The position numbers and the translations under genes are program-made. Shown here in pieces: positions 29,401-42,550 of a stretch of DNA of 64,000 bases. The notes under the pieces were generated by a model. It made no database searches. It was given only the letters and a program-made list of their open reading frames with translations, and had not been told where the DNA came from. The DNA lies in the NCBI RefSeq assembly GCF_009914755.1, contig NC_060931.1; one strand, 5' to 3'. Positions within the stretch are counted from its first letter, which is position 1. Every line of letters begins with the position of its first letter. The DNA is from the human T2T-CHM13v2.0 reference genome, Homo sapiens.

Positions 29401-30400
29401 TGTCTGCTAAAAATCAGCTGTGAATCAGGCCTTCTTTTTTTGGTAAGTGTTCTATCACTGATTGAATCTCACTGTTTGTAACTGATCTGTTCAGGATTTC
29501 TATTTCTCCCTGTATCAAACTAGGAGGGCCATATGTATCCAGGAATTTATTTATTTCCTCTAGATTTTCTAGTTTGTGTGCACAGAGGTGTTTATAGTAT
29601 TTTCAAATGATTTTTTGTATTTCTGTGCTGTCAGTTGTAATGTCTCCTTTTTTTTTCTAATTGAGCTTATTTGAATCTTCTCTCTTCTTGGTTAATTTAG
29701 TTAATGATCTTTTAACTTTGTTTCCTCATCTTCAAAGAACCAACTCTTTGTTTCATTACCTTTGTATGTTTTTTCTTTCAATTTCATGAAGTTCTGCTCT
29801 GATCTTTGTTATTTCATTTCTTCTGCTAGCTTTAGATTTGGTTTCTTCTTGTTTCTCTAGTTCTTGAGGTGTGATATTAGTTGTCAATTTGTGATCTTTC
29901 AGACTTCTTGATGTAGGCATTTAGCACTCTAAACTTCTCTCTTAGCGCTGCTTTTGCTGTATCCCAGATGTTTTGATAATTTGTATCACTGTTATTCATT
30001 CAAATAATTTTTCAATTTCTATCTTGATTTCATTGTTAACCCAAAAATCATTTAAGAGCAGATTGTTTAATTTCCATGTATTTGTATAGCTTTGAGGATT
30101 CTTTCTGAAATTGATCTCTAGTTTTATTTCACTGTGGTCTGAGAAGACCCTTGATATGATTTTGATTTTTAAAAATGTATTGAGACTTGTTTTTGTGGCC
30201 TGTCATATGGTGTGTCCTGGAGAATGTTCTATGTGCTGATGAAACAAATGTAAACTCTTCAGTTATTGGGCAGAATGTTCTGTATATAACTGTTAGGTCC
30301 ATTTGTTCTAGAGTGAAGTTTAAATCCAGTGTAGCTTTGTTGACTTTCTGCCTTGATGATCTGTCTAGTGATGTCAGTGGAGTGTTCAAGACCTCACTAT
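26466..30400 (-). mobile_element. L1PB 3' UTR and decayed ORF2; continues at 39658-39704
   Basis: Poly-T then tttcaatagctttagggg...tgtatagtggtgaagt; ORF2 peptides in the track ([30 protein letters not shown]). Confidence 0.92.
27020..27373 (+). mobile_element. MSTA solo LTR inserted in the L1PB
   Basis: tgatatggtttggctctgtg...ggactaataca; perfect TSD GTAGA at 27015-27019 and 27374-27378. Confidence 0.92.
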
Positions 30401-31255
30401 TTTTTTTTATTTGACAAATTCCTTTTACATTTTATTTGAAAGAATGAAAGACCAGGAATAAACAAACTATTACTGAAGAATATCAAAGTAGAGAGATATG
30501 CCCACACAAATCAAGATCTCATAGAAAACAATAGTAATTAGGATAGTGGAGTCTTGACATAGTGATAAATAAGTCAAAAAAGAAAATAGAGAATCAATGT
30601 TTTTAATTTACTAAATTATGTCATGGTATATGTAACATTTGATAATTACTATTAAACATTGTGTTTTTGAGACTTACTCATGTTGATACATTTAGATGTA
30701 GTTAATGGATTTAATCTATATAGTATGCCATCTTGTGAACAGACCTTAATTTTTCCAGTCATCCCATGATGTTCCTTTAGGTTGGTCTCACTTTTCCACT
30801 TACACAATAGCTTGATGAACCTTCTTGTTCTTTATGCACAGACATGAAGTCATGTCAAAAATAATGTCTGTAGGTAAGATATATTTTTCTTCAAAATTAT
30901 AAAGTAGTACTAAGGTGTTTTACAAAGGAATTACAGTAATTTGCATTCTGATGAGAGTTCATCTTAACTTATACCTTCACCAATTTTGTATTTTGAAGAT
31001 TTTTCATTCTTGGCTGCTTCATGGAATAAACGTATATTTTATTTTTGCTTTAATTTTATTTATCGGGTTACAAATGCAATTGAGTATAACTATCAATTAT
31101 TCAGAATCCCCCTTAGTGAATTACCTTATTGCTACCTTTTGCCCTTTTTTCTATCTTCCCTGAATGCATATCCTTCTTGTCTCTCTGTTTTTTTTTCATT
31201 TTTATTATAAAATAATCAGATGTAATTTTATTTTTTCTAACACATAAAATCCATG
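30400..31255 (-). other. Putative L1 3'-transduced segment containing ancient L1ME-like debris
   Basis: T-run at 30400-30412, minus-strand AATAAA at 30431-30436, and position inside the TSD pair that brackets the L1PA. Confidence 0.7.
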
Positions 31256-34200
31256 ATTTTTTTAACTTTTAATTTTAGGGGATATATGTGCAGGTTTGTT
31301 ACATAGGTAAACTTGCATCATGGGGGTTTGTTGTACAGATTATTTCATCAGCCAGGTATTAAGCCTAGTATCCATAACTTATTTTACCTGATCCTCTCCC
31401 TCCTCCCACCCTTCACACTTCGATAGGCCCTATGTGTGTTTTTCCCTTCTGTGTGTCTGTGTTTTCTCATCATTTAGCTTATACTTATAAGTGGGAACAT
31501 GTGGTATTTGGTTTTCTGTTCCCACTTTAATTTGCTAAGGATAATGGTCTCCAGCTCTACCCATGTCCCTGCAAAGGACATGATCTTGTTCTTTTTCATG
31601 ACTGCATAGTATTCCATGGTGTATTATGTACCACTGTTTTTTTAATCCAGTCTATCATTGATGAGCACTTAAGTTCATTTCATGTTTTTGCTATTGCGAA
31701 TAGTGTTTCAGTGAACATACACGTGCATGTGTCTTTATAATAGAATGATTTATATTCTTTTGGGTATATACCCAGTAATATGATTGCTGGGTCAAATTAT
31801 ATTTTTGTCTTTAGGTCTTTGAGGCATCACTATGCTGTCATTCACAATGGTTGAACTAACTTACACTCCCACCAACAGTGTATAATCATTACTTCTTCTC
31901 TAAAACTTTGCCACCATCTGTTGTGTTTTGACTTTTTAATAACAGCCATTCTGACTAGCATGAGATGATATCTCATTGTGGTTTTGATTTGCATTTTTTC
32001 ATGATTATTGGCCACATGTATGTCTTATTTTGAAAATTGCCTGTTCATGTCATTTGCCCACTTTTTAATTTTGTGGTTTCTTTTTTCTTATAAATTTAAG
32101 TTCCTTATAGATGCTGAATATTAATATTAGACGTTTGTCAGATGCATAGTTTGCAAAAATTTTCTCCCAGTCTGTAGGTTGTCTGTTTATTCTGTTGGTC
32201 ATTTCTTTTGCTGTGCAGAAGCTCTTTAGTTTAATTAGATCACATTTGTCATTTTTTGCTTTTGTTGCAATTGCTTTTGGTGTCTTTGTTATGAAATCTT
32301 TGCCCATGCCCATGTTCTGAATGGTATTGTCTAGGCTGTTTTCCAAGGTTTTTATAGTTGTGGGTTTTACATTTAAGTATTTAATCCATCTTGAGTTGAT
32401 TTCTATATATGGTGCATAAAAGGGGTCCAGTTTCAATCTTCTGCATATGGCTAGCCAGTTATCTCAGCACCATTTATTGAATAGGGAATCCTTTCCCCAG
32501 TGCTTGTTTTTTGTCACATTTGTCAAAGATCAGACAGTTGTAGGTGTGCAATCTTATTTCTGGGTTCTCTATTTTATTCCATTGGACTATGTGTCTGTTT
32601 TGTACCAGTACCATGCTGTTTTGGTTACTGTAGACCTGTAGTATAGTTTGAAGTTGGGTAGCATGATGCTACCAACTTTGTTCTTTTTGCTTAGGATTGC
32701 TTTGGTTATTCAGGCTTTATTTCTCCATATGAATTTTAAAATAGCTTTTTCTAGTTCTGTGAAGAATGCCAATTGTAGTTTATAGGCATAGTACTGAATC
32801 TATAAATCACTTTAGGAAGTATGGCCATTTTAATAATATTAATTCTTCCTATCCATGAGCATGGAATGTTTTTCCATTTGTTTTTGTCATCCCTGATTTC
32901 TTTGAGCAGTGGTTTGTAGTTCTTGTTGTAGAGATCTTTCACGTCCCTAGTTGTTCTAGGTATTTTATTTTTTTGTGTGTGGCAGTTGTGACTGGGAGTT
33001 CATTCCTGATATGCCTCTCAGCTTGACTGATTTGGTGTATAGAAATGCTAATGATTTTTGCACATTGATTTTGTATCCTGAGATATTGCTGAAGTTGCTT
33101 ATCAGCTTAAGAAGATTTTGGGCTGAGACTATGGGTTTTTCTAGATATAGGATCAATGTCATCTGCAAACAGAGATAGTTTGACTTCCTCTCTTCCTATT
33201 CGGATGGCCTTTGTTTTTTCTGTTGCCTGATTGCCCTGGCCAGAACTTCCAATACTATTTTGAATAGGAGTGGTGAGAGAGGACATCCTTGTCTTGTGAC
33301 AATTTTCAAGGGGAATGCTTCCAGTTTTTGCCCCTTCAGTATAATGTTGGCTGTGGCCTTGTCATATATTGCTGTTATTATTTTGAGGTATGTTCCTTTA
33401 ATACCAAGTTTATTGAGAGTTTTTAACATGAATAGCTGTTGACTTTTATCAAAAGTCTTTTCCACATCTTTTGAGACAATCAGGTGGTTTTTGTCTTCAG
33501 TTCTGTTTCTGTGATGAATCACATTTATTGATTTGTGTATGTTGAACCAACCTTGCATCCCAGGGATAAAGCCTACTTGATTGTGTTAGATAAGCTTTTT
33601 GATGTGCAGCTGGATTCAGTTTGAAGCACTTTGTTGAGGATTTTTGCATTGATGTTTATTAAGGATATTGGCCTGAAGTTTTCTTTCTTTGTTGTATCTC
33701 CGCCAGCTCTTGGTTTCAGGATGATGCTGGCCTCACAGAATGAGGTAGGGAGAAGTCCTTCCTCCTCAATTTTTTGGAATAGTCTCAGTAAAAATGGTAT
33801 CATCTCTTCTTTGTACATCTGAATGTATCAGCTGTGAATCCATCTGTTCCTCAGCTTTTTTTGGTTGGTAGGTTATTTATTCATAGCACTTTATTGTTCT
33901 GTTCAAGGATTCAGTTTCTTCCTGGTTCCATCTTAGGAGGATGGATATGCCCAAGAATTTATCTATTTATTTTAAATTTTCTAGCTTATATGCATAGAAG
34001 TGTTCCTAATATTCTCTGATGGCTGTTTGTATTTCCATGGGGTCAGTGGTAATATCCCCCATGTTGTTTCTGATTGTGCTTATTTGAATCTTCTCTATTT
34101 TCTTCTTTTGTTAGTCTAGTTAGCAGTCTATTTTATTCATTTTTGCACCAAAAAAACAGCTCCTGGATTCATTGATCTTTTGAATGGTGTTTTTTTTTTG

Positions 34201-34485
34201 TCTCTATCTTCTTCAGTTTAACTCTGATTTTGGTTATTTTTTGTCTCCTGCTAGCTTTGGGATATGTTTGTTCATGGTTCTCTAGTTGTTTTAGTTGTGA
34301 TGTTAGATTGTTAACTTGAGATCTTTCTAACTTTTTGATGTGGGCATTTAGTACTATAAATTTCCCTCTTAACACTGCCTTAGCTGTGTCCCAGAGATTC
34401 TAGTATGTTGTATCTTTGTTCTCATTTGTTTCAAAGAGCTTCTTGATTTCTGTCTTTATTTCATTATTTACCTAAAAGTCATTCA

Positions 34486-34663
34486 GAATTAACTGGGTGT
34501 GGTGACACATGCCTGTAATCCCAGCTGCTCAGGAGGCTGAGTCAGGAGAATTGCTTGAACCCAGGAGGTGGAGGTTACAGTGAGCTGAGATTGCACTACT
34601 GAACTCCAGCCTGGGGAACAGAGCGAGACCCTGTCTCAAAGAAACAAACAAACAAACAAAAAC
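34486..34663 (+). mobile_element. 5'-truncated AluS (right arm only) inside the L1PA
   Basis: Right monomer with (CAAA)n tail; perfect 12-bp TSD aaaagtcattca at 34474-34485 and 34664-34675. Confidence 0.9.
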
Positions 34664-35099
34664 AAAAGTCATTCAAAAACAGGTCATTTGATTTTCATGT
34701 AATTGTATGGTTTTGAGTGAATGTCTTAGTCTTGATTTCTAATTTGATTGTGCTGTCCAAGAGACTGTTTGTTATGACTTCAGTTCTTTTACATATGTTG
34801 AGGAGTGTTTTATTCTGACAATGTGATTGATTTTAAAGTATGTGCCACTGGCAATGAGAAGAATGTATATTCTGCTGTTTTTGGGTGGTGAGTTCTGTGT
34901 GTCCATAGGTCCATTTGATCCAGAGCTGAGTTCATGTCCTGAATATCTTTGTTAATTTTCTCTCTCAATGAAGTGTCTAATATTGTCAGTGGGGTGTTAA
35001 ACTCTCCCACTATTATTAGGTGGAAGTTTAAGTTTCTGTGATGGTCTCTAAGAACTTGCTTTATGTATCTGGGTGCTCCTGTGTGCTCCTGTGTGGGAA

Positions 35100-35174
35100 C
35101 ATATATATATATTTAGGATATATATTTAGGATATATATTTAGAACATATATATTTAGGATATATATTCAGGATA
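35100..35174 (+). repeat. Short (TATATATTTAGGA)n-like minisatellite within L1 ORF2
   Basis: About five degenerate 12-14-bp units. Confidence 0.85.
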
Positions 35175-38100
35175 GTTAGGTTTTCTTGCTGAATTGAACC
35201 CTCTACAATTACATAATGCCCTTGTCTTTTTTTTTTACTCTTTTTTGGTTTAAAGTCTGTTTTGTCAGAAACTAGGATTGCAACCCTGCTTTTTTCTGTT
35301 TTTCATTTGCTTGGTAGATTTTTCTCCATCCCTTTATTTTGAACCTATGTATGTCATTGCATGTGAGATGGGTCTCTTGAAGACAGCATACCAATGGGTC
35401 TTGGTTCTTTATTCAGCTTGCCACTTTGTGTCTTTTAATTAGGACATTTAGCCCATTTATATTTAAGGTTATTATTGATATGTGTGGATTTGAACCTGTC
35501 ATAATGATGTTAGCTGGTTATTTTTCAGAGTTGTTTATGTGGTTGCTTTATAGTGTCACTGGTCTTTGTACTTCAGTGTGTTTTTCTAGTGGCTGGTAAA
35601 GGTCTTTCCTTTCCATAATTAGTGCTTCCTTCAGGAGCTCTTGCAGGGCAGGCCTGGTGGTGACGAACTCCCTCCGCATTTGCTTGCCTGAAAAGGATCT
35701 TATTTCTTCTTCAATTATGAAGATTAGTTTGGCCACATGAAATTCTGGATTGAAATTTCTTTTCTTTAAGAATGTTGAATATTAGCCCCCAATCTCTTCT
35801 GGCTTGTAGGGTTCAACTGAGAGGTCTGCTGTTAGTCTGACAGGCTTACCTTAGTAGGTGACCTGGCCTTTCTCTCTAGCTGCCTTTTAACATTTTTTCT
35901 TTCATTTTGACCTTGGAGAATCTGATGACTATGTGTCTTGGGGATGATCTTCTGATGGAGTATCTTACTGGGGATCTCTCCATTTCCTGAATTTGAAAGT
36001 TGGTCTTTCTAGCTATGTTGGGGAAGTTCTCATGGATGATATCCTAAAATACGTTTTCCAGGTTGGTTCTGTTCTTCCCATCTCTTTCAGGTACACCAAT
36101 CAGTCATAGGCTTAGCCTCTTTGCATGATCCCATATGTCTTGGAGGTTTTGTTCATTTTTTTTTCCACTCTTTTTCCCTCTTCTTGTCTGCCTGTCTTAT
36201 TTCAGAAGGACAGTCTTCAAGCTCTGAGATTCTTTCCTCTGCTTGTTCTATTCTGCTATTAATAATTGTGATTGCATTATGAAATTCTTGTAGTGTGTTT
36301 TTTCAGCTCTGTCAGACTGCTTATTTTCTTCTCTATACTGGCTATTTGTCTGTCAGCTCCTGCAATGTTTTATTTTATCTTTCACTTCCTTGCACTGGAT
36401 TATAGTGTACTTCTGTAGCTCAGTGAACTTTGTTCCTATCCATGTTCTGAATTCTACTTCTGTCATTTCAGCCATCTGAGCCTCAGCCAAATTTTGAACC
36501 CTCACTGGAGAGGTGATGCAGTCATTTGGAGGAAAGGAGGCACTCTAGCTTTATTAGTTTTCAGCATTCTTGTGCTGATTATTTCTCATCTCTGTGGGCT
36601 TATCTACCTTCAAACTTTGAGGTTGCTGACCTTTGGATGGGTTTTTTTTTCTTTTATCTTATCTGATGACCTTGAGGGTTTGATTGTGATATAAGGTGGA
36701 TTCAGCTAACTGGCTTCATTTCTGGAGGATTTTAGGGAGTGAACTTTCAGCTCCCAACTCCTGGACTGCATGCTGTAATTCTGGGGGACTTGTATTGAGC
36801 CCCGACTTTGTTTTCTGGCTCCTTGAGGTTTGAAGTTTACTATGCCAGGGGGACCAAGGTGACCAAGGTGCAGCAGCCACAACCAAGTGTTAGTGGGTAT
36901 AGGGGTGCCTGCCTCCCTGTGGGCATTCACCACAGTGGCAGATGCAAGGCAGTTGGAGGGGGAGCGGGTGGTGCCCCGATGGAGACTGTATGCTGTTGCA
37001 CAGGATGTGGTGTTGGTTTGGGATGGGGTGCTGACCACCTGCGTGGGAGGATCCCCTGTTCTCTGTGCACCATTAGCACAAAAGCAGGGTGCTGGCAGGG
37101 ATGGGGCTTGCTGGCTGTATGCTCACCAAGGCTCCTTTTGCAATGCTGGTCGACAGGAGTCAGAGGAAATATTGCACTCCCATGTACTGGTGGGGCAATT
37201 AAAGCAAAACCCGCCTGTACAAACTTGTGCCAGCAAAGTGATGTGGGGAAATGCCATGGGCACAGGGGAAGCTGCAGTCTGGGGAGAAAATGTGAGGGCT
37301 GGTGCATGGCCTTAGGGGTTGCCTTGCTGGAACTCTTCACTGGTCAGGCATGGTTCACTAGCACAGAAGCTATCTATGGTATGGGCCCCCAGGGCACCCA
37401 AGACTTCCTTGTAAGTAGGCGTGGCCAGGCTGGGGCCCCAAGAGAGGCCAGCAGACTAAGGAGTTCTCAGGTCAGACCAGCCCTATCTGATGTACAAGAC
37501 TTCCCCACAGAGATCAGGTTTGATAATTCCCCAAGGGCTAATGTCTTTTATGGAGCAAGTCGAGCCTAGGGGGATGGCCATCCCTGGCCACTTCCCAACT
37601 ACAAACTCTCCTGCACCAAACCCTCTGGGCACAACATGAGCTGGCTTGCTGATCCATCACTTTACTTGTCTCCTGGGGGCTCAACCCCAGAAAGACACAG
37701 GTTAGCAATCGCTCAGTGTAATCAGCCCTGTTCTGTGCTGTGGGCCCAAGCCAGGGGTTCCCTCTCTGGTGACAAGAATTGTGGGTATGTGGGACCCTAC
37801 TGTGGGAGATGGACTTGCCTTGTCTCTTTGGTTCGACTGCAGCCTATTGGAGGTGTGGACAAGGTACTTAGGGTCTTCGCTCCTTTATTAATTCAAGGGT
37901 AGCAAGAATGTTTCCACTGCAGAGGCAGTGGCAGAGAGGCTTTCACTTGCCTCTAAAGGCTCTGTCTGGGGAGCTGCTGAGTTGCTACTGGCTCAGTCAC
38001 TCTGGCAGAAAGTGGCTAGAGGCCCAGACCTGGAGGACCTGCCTGGTAAGGAGACAGGGGAACAGGTATCCATGTAACAGTCTGGCCACTTTTCCTTAGG

Positions 38101-39704
38101 GCTGCTGTGCTATGCTGGGGGTCTACTCCAGTCCCTAGTCACCTCAGATTTTCTAGTACCTGGAGATATCATCAATGAAGGCTGTGAGACAGAAAAGATG
38201 GCAGCCTGCCCCTCCCTCTGGGAGCTCTGTCCCAGGGAGGTATGGGCCTGTTGTCAGCACAAACACACGTGTAGGAGGTAGCTGGAGACCCAAGTTGGGA
38301 GGTCTCACCCAGTCAGGAGAAATGGGGTCAGGGACCCACATAAAAAGGTAGTCTGGCCATGTTTTTGTAAAGCAGCTGTGTTGTGCTTAGGGTCCTCTTC
38401 AGCCCCCAGTCACCTCAGACACTCTGAAGCCTGAAGGCTGGAACGGCTAAGTCACCCAAACAGCAAGGATAGAGGCCCACCCTTCTCCCTGGGATCTCTG
38501 TCCCAGGGAGGCCTGAAACCTCTGTCAGCTGGAGAAGACTGGTGGGGATAGGTGGAGACCCATTAGGAGGGTCCACCTAGCGATGAGGAATGGGATTGAG
38601 GCCTGCTTTAGAAAGCAGTCTGGCCACATTTTTGTAGAGCAGCTGTGCTGTGCTGGGGTACCACTTCTAACCCTGGTCAGCTTGGGCTCTCCAAAGCCTG
38701 AAGGCTGGAAAGGCTAAGTTGCCCAAACAGCAAAGATGGTGGCCTGCCCCTCCCTCTGGGAGCTCTGTCCCAGGGAGTCTTTAAATCTCTGTTGGCCAGA
38801 GAACACTGGTGCGGGTGGCTGGAGGCCCTGGTTGGGAGGTCCCACCTACTGAGGAGTAACGGGATTGGGGACCCACTTAAAGAAGCAGTCTGACTATGTT
38901 TTGGTAGAGCAGCTGTGCTGCACTGGGGGAATCCCTTTTGCTCTCAGTTGGTTTGGACTCTCCAAAGCCCAAAGGCCATAATGGCTAAGCCACCCAAACA
39001 GCAGAGATGGCGGCCTGCCCCTGCCCCTGGGAGCTGAGTCCCAGGGAAGCACAATGCTGTTACCAATGGCTGGCTGGAATTCCAAGCCAGCGTGTCTTAT
39101 CCTGCAACATAAGGTTCTGTTCCAAGCAGAACCTGCAAACCATCACTGCTCAGCCCCTTGGATTCAGCCTTTTTCCTAGGGGTATGTACAGGGGTCTAAC
39201 CTCCCACTTTGACAAAGTTGCAGCTAATTTTGCTGGGATGCCCAGAAAGCCAGAGTATTTAAAGCTCCCGCGTCTCCATGCATGCATGAGTGGCTCCTTT
39301 GCTGAGACAGATAGCTCTTTGTGTCAAACTGAAGGCCCTGGTGGGCTGGGTTCATGAGGGGACCTCCTGACCTGAGAGTTGCAAAGATCCATGGGAGAAG
39401 CATGGGTTTCCAGGGTCGCACATTCTTTTACTGCTTCTCAGGGCAGGGGAGCTTCTCTTTGGCTCCCTGCGTGGGCCTTCACCCAGCCTTGCCTTTCTCC
39501 ATTCTCCTTGGTCTGAATTGTTTCCTTGATTAGTTCCAATGTGAGTACCTAGATGTTTCAGTTGAAGGTGTTGTATTTACTTACCTCTTCTGTTCCTCTC
39601 CATGAGAGGCACACACATTAACTACTTCTAGTCGGCCTTCTTGGCCACTCTTCCCCAACCCCACTATTATTATGTTGCTGTCTATCTCTTTTCTTAGGTC
39701 TAGT

Positions 39705-39898
39705 GAGTTTTCAAAAAATCACCTCATTAACATAAACTCAGATGTGGTTAAAAAGGGATTATTATGAATAATAGAAAATGCTCCTTTACCTTTATTGCTC
39801 TTATCACTTAGGAAATTCTAAGTGTTTTAGAAACTCTGCGCCAGAAATGGGACAAAGACCAAATGTATATTTTTTAAATTATAAATCACAATATCACT
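39705..39898 (-). mobile_element. MER21 LTR 5' fragment
   Basis: cattaacataaactcagatgtggtt...ggaaattctaag...aaatcacaatatcac. Confidence 0.75.
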
Positions 39899-40150
39899 GT
39901 GTCTAACTAGGCTTAGAATACTTGTACTTTATACTTACCTGGTCCAATTTGCATAATGTTATATTCTCTTTCACTGTAGACAGAGTGACATTCTGCAGAA
40001 TGTAAAGATGATTATGCATCCTGTGTACTGTATTATGAAAGAGACAGACAGCAAGCAATTTAACATAGCCTGGTCCATGATCATAGCCCGCTGCCCTTCC
40101 TATGTAAGAGCATAATGATTTATTTATTGTATTTATTGATGGGGATTGCC

Positions 40151-40184
40151 ATATATATATATAAATACATATATATATATATAA

Positions 40185-40218
<34 letters not shown>
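40151..40218 (+). repeat. Interrupted (TA)n microsatellite
   Basis: Read directly. Confidence 0.95.
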
Positions 40219-40221
<3 letters not shown>

Positions 40222-42334
40222 AGATCAATAGATATACACTAAGTATCATATGTTGTGTTCATGTGTTCAAATAAAAACAACACATCCACATTGCAGCTGC
40301 AATGGAGGCCACCCGGTTAAGTCTGTGGTAGACCATTGCCAGCCATAGAGTTTTTGCAAAAGCCGTTCAAATGAATTAAATGGGAATGTCAGGATAACCA
40401 TCACACGTAAATTTTTGAGGAGGGTACTAAACCTTGCAATTCTACTCAGAATATGGTTTTGTTTCTGAAGTCTCAGAAGTGAGAAATTCTATGGGCATTC
40501 TCTTGTTTTTTCTTATCCTATGCTATCCGATTCTCTTGTTTTTTCTTATCCTATGCTAAGTCGTTAGTATATGCTAACGACTCATTCTACAGGCCAAGAA
40601 ACCAATATAAAAATTTTGTCAGCTGCAGAATGTATCCACCCCAGTTCAGCACTTAGAGATCAAGGAAATAACCACAGAGTGTCTTGGACTTGGGCTTTAG
40701 AGTCTTTTTTATCACCTGTATCTACTTCAACCCATACCCTAACTGGGGAGTCATGCTTCCTTTTATGTCTCCAGGTTATCAATGACAAATTATATGTTGA
40801 GGCCCTGAAAAGGTCTAGGTAATTTCCCTACCTTTTGCACAACTATTCTGGTAAATGGTTTGAGGTCCCCTTGGAGAAAGATTGGTGGAGTATTTTATTG
40901 TACATGCTTGCTGCAGCGTTGCAGTCTCTCCCTTAAACACAGTCACCTCAGAAAAATAAGTCACCATGTTCAGCCCCCACACCCAGGAGGAAAGGAATTA
41001 AGATCTACCTCTTGAAGGCAGAAGTATCAAAAACTTGGTAGGCAAACTTAAAACAAACAAATTGTCTGATTTTAGTTGTTTCAGAAAATATCCCAAAGGT
41101 ACTCTTTAATGTATATACTCTCTATTATCCTGTTTGTTGTTTTATTTCTCCTAGAATTTATGGAAACAGCACAAATAAAGTAAACTCCTGACTTTTTCTT
41201 TTTGGCTGGATATTACACTTTTTGTATGTTTAGAATAGATTATTATTTCCAGCAGGATCACCAGATTATTTCAGGAGGAAATAATCTATTTTAAACTTAG
41301 ATACTCCAATAACCAGATCAATGTTTTAAAATTCTAGTTGTCAAGGTGTTTTTGTTATTGTTTATTTTATTTTTGTCAATCTCTCTGCAGCACACTTAGC
41401 CTACTAAACAGAGTCTCCAAGTAATGACCCAGCCATCTGTATATATATTTTAAAACTTCATACTTAATTTTTGCTGTACTTGGTTGAAAACTGTTGGAGT
41501 TTATTAATTTTCTCTTTGTTTTAAACTATCACTTTCAAAGTGTTGTTTTGATTATATTTTCCTGGTTCACTAAAACATGTGAAATATACATGGAGATGAT
41601 GGCTTAGGGGCTTTGTAAATAATACTAATTTCAATTTAAGTGATTATTGTTTGTGTTACATAATTATCATCTCTGGGACTCTGTGGCCTTCACACAGTGA
41701 GGTCATCAATTCCTGGTGTTGATTGCTTTACATAATGAACTTTTTTCTGTATTTTGTTCTTAGAAACTAAGTCTGTAGGGGAAAGGAGATAAACGTTACT
41801 GAGGGTTTGAATTGTATAAACTCTGTGATTTTAAGTTATGGCTTTTTAGGCCTAAGCTTTTCATCCTATGAATACTTTAAAATATTACCCAGGGTAGTCA
41901 TAGAAATATTTGAAGCTTAAAAATATGAGTCTGTTGATTTGTGGAGAATCACTTTGTATTTCTGTAAAAGTTTTTGTAAAATTTTTGAAATTAATCTTTA
42001 TGAACCTAGAGTAGAAACTAGGAAAAAGAGAGAAAAGTTTTCATGTATTCTACATTAGGCCAATCTGACTACATTAATATTACTCAGTATTATTCAATGC
42101 TTGTAATATCCTGGGTTTTTTATTATATTTGTTTAAGTCTAAGGAAAATTAGCAAATGTTTAAAAAATAAGATAGCATAAATTAATTAATTAAAAAAAAA
42201 CAGCATAGACCCTTTAAAACAAAGGTGCAAACTCTGTCTTATTTCTGCCTGCTCCTACTCCCATCTCTCATAGCCTCCTTTAACTATTTCTAGTTTTGTT
42301 TATTATCGTAGTTACCCTCACAATTTATGTACAG

Positions 42335-42550
42335 GTAGAATAATGTGATAGCTAATAATGTGGAATCTGGAACTAAACTATTGGACTCAAATCCTGGCTT
42401 ACCCATTTGTTAGCTTGACAACTTTGAGCATAACTTTTGGTGTTTCCATTTTGTCATAAAAAATAGAGATGAAAGTATCAACTTTAAAAGTTCTAGTACT
42501 TTAAAATATTTTAGAATAGTGTTTGACATGTAGAATAGGTGTTAGCTAGT
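42335..42550 (+). mobile_element. MIR relic
   Basis: tctggaactaaactattggactcaaatcctggct...tagaatagtgtttgacatgtag. Confidence 0.65.

Larger units (their letters stand above)
31256..39657 (-). mobile_element. Essentially full-length old L1PA (L1PA13-16/L1PREC2-like) with ~3-kb 5' UTR; ORF1 and ORF2 disrupted
   Basis: 3' UTR gtgcaggtttgttacataggtaaacttg; ORF2 fragments ([24 protein letters not shown]); ORF1 C-terminus (REFVTTRPALQELLKEAL); minus-strand 5' end ggggaagagtggccaagaaggccgactagaag. Confidence 0.92.

Noticed and set aside
28633-35736. Reverse transcriptase, endonuclease and ORF1-like peptides
   Set aside because: Frameshifted, stop-interrupted L1 remnants with no intact CDS.
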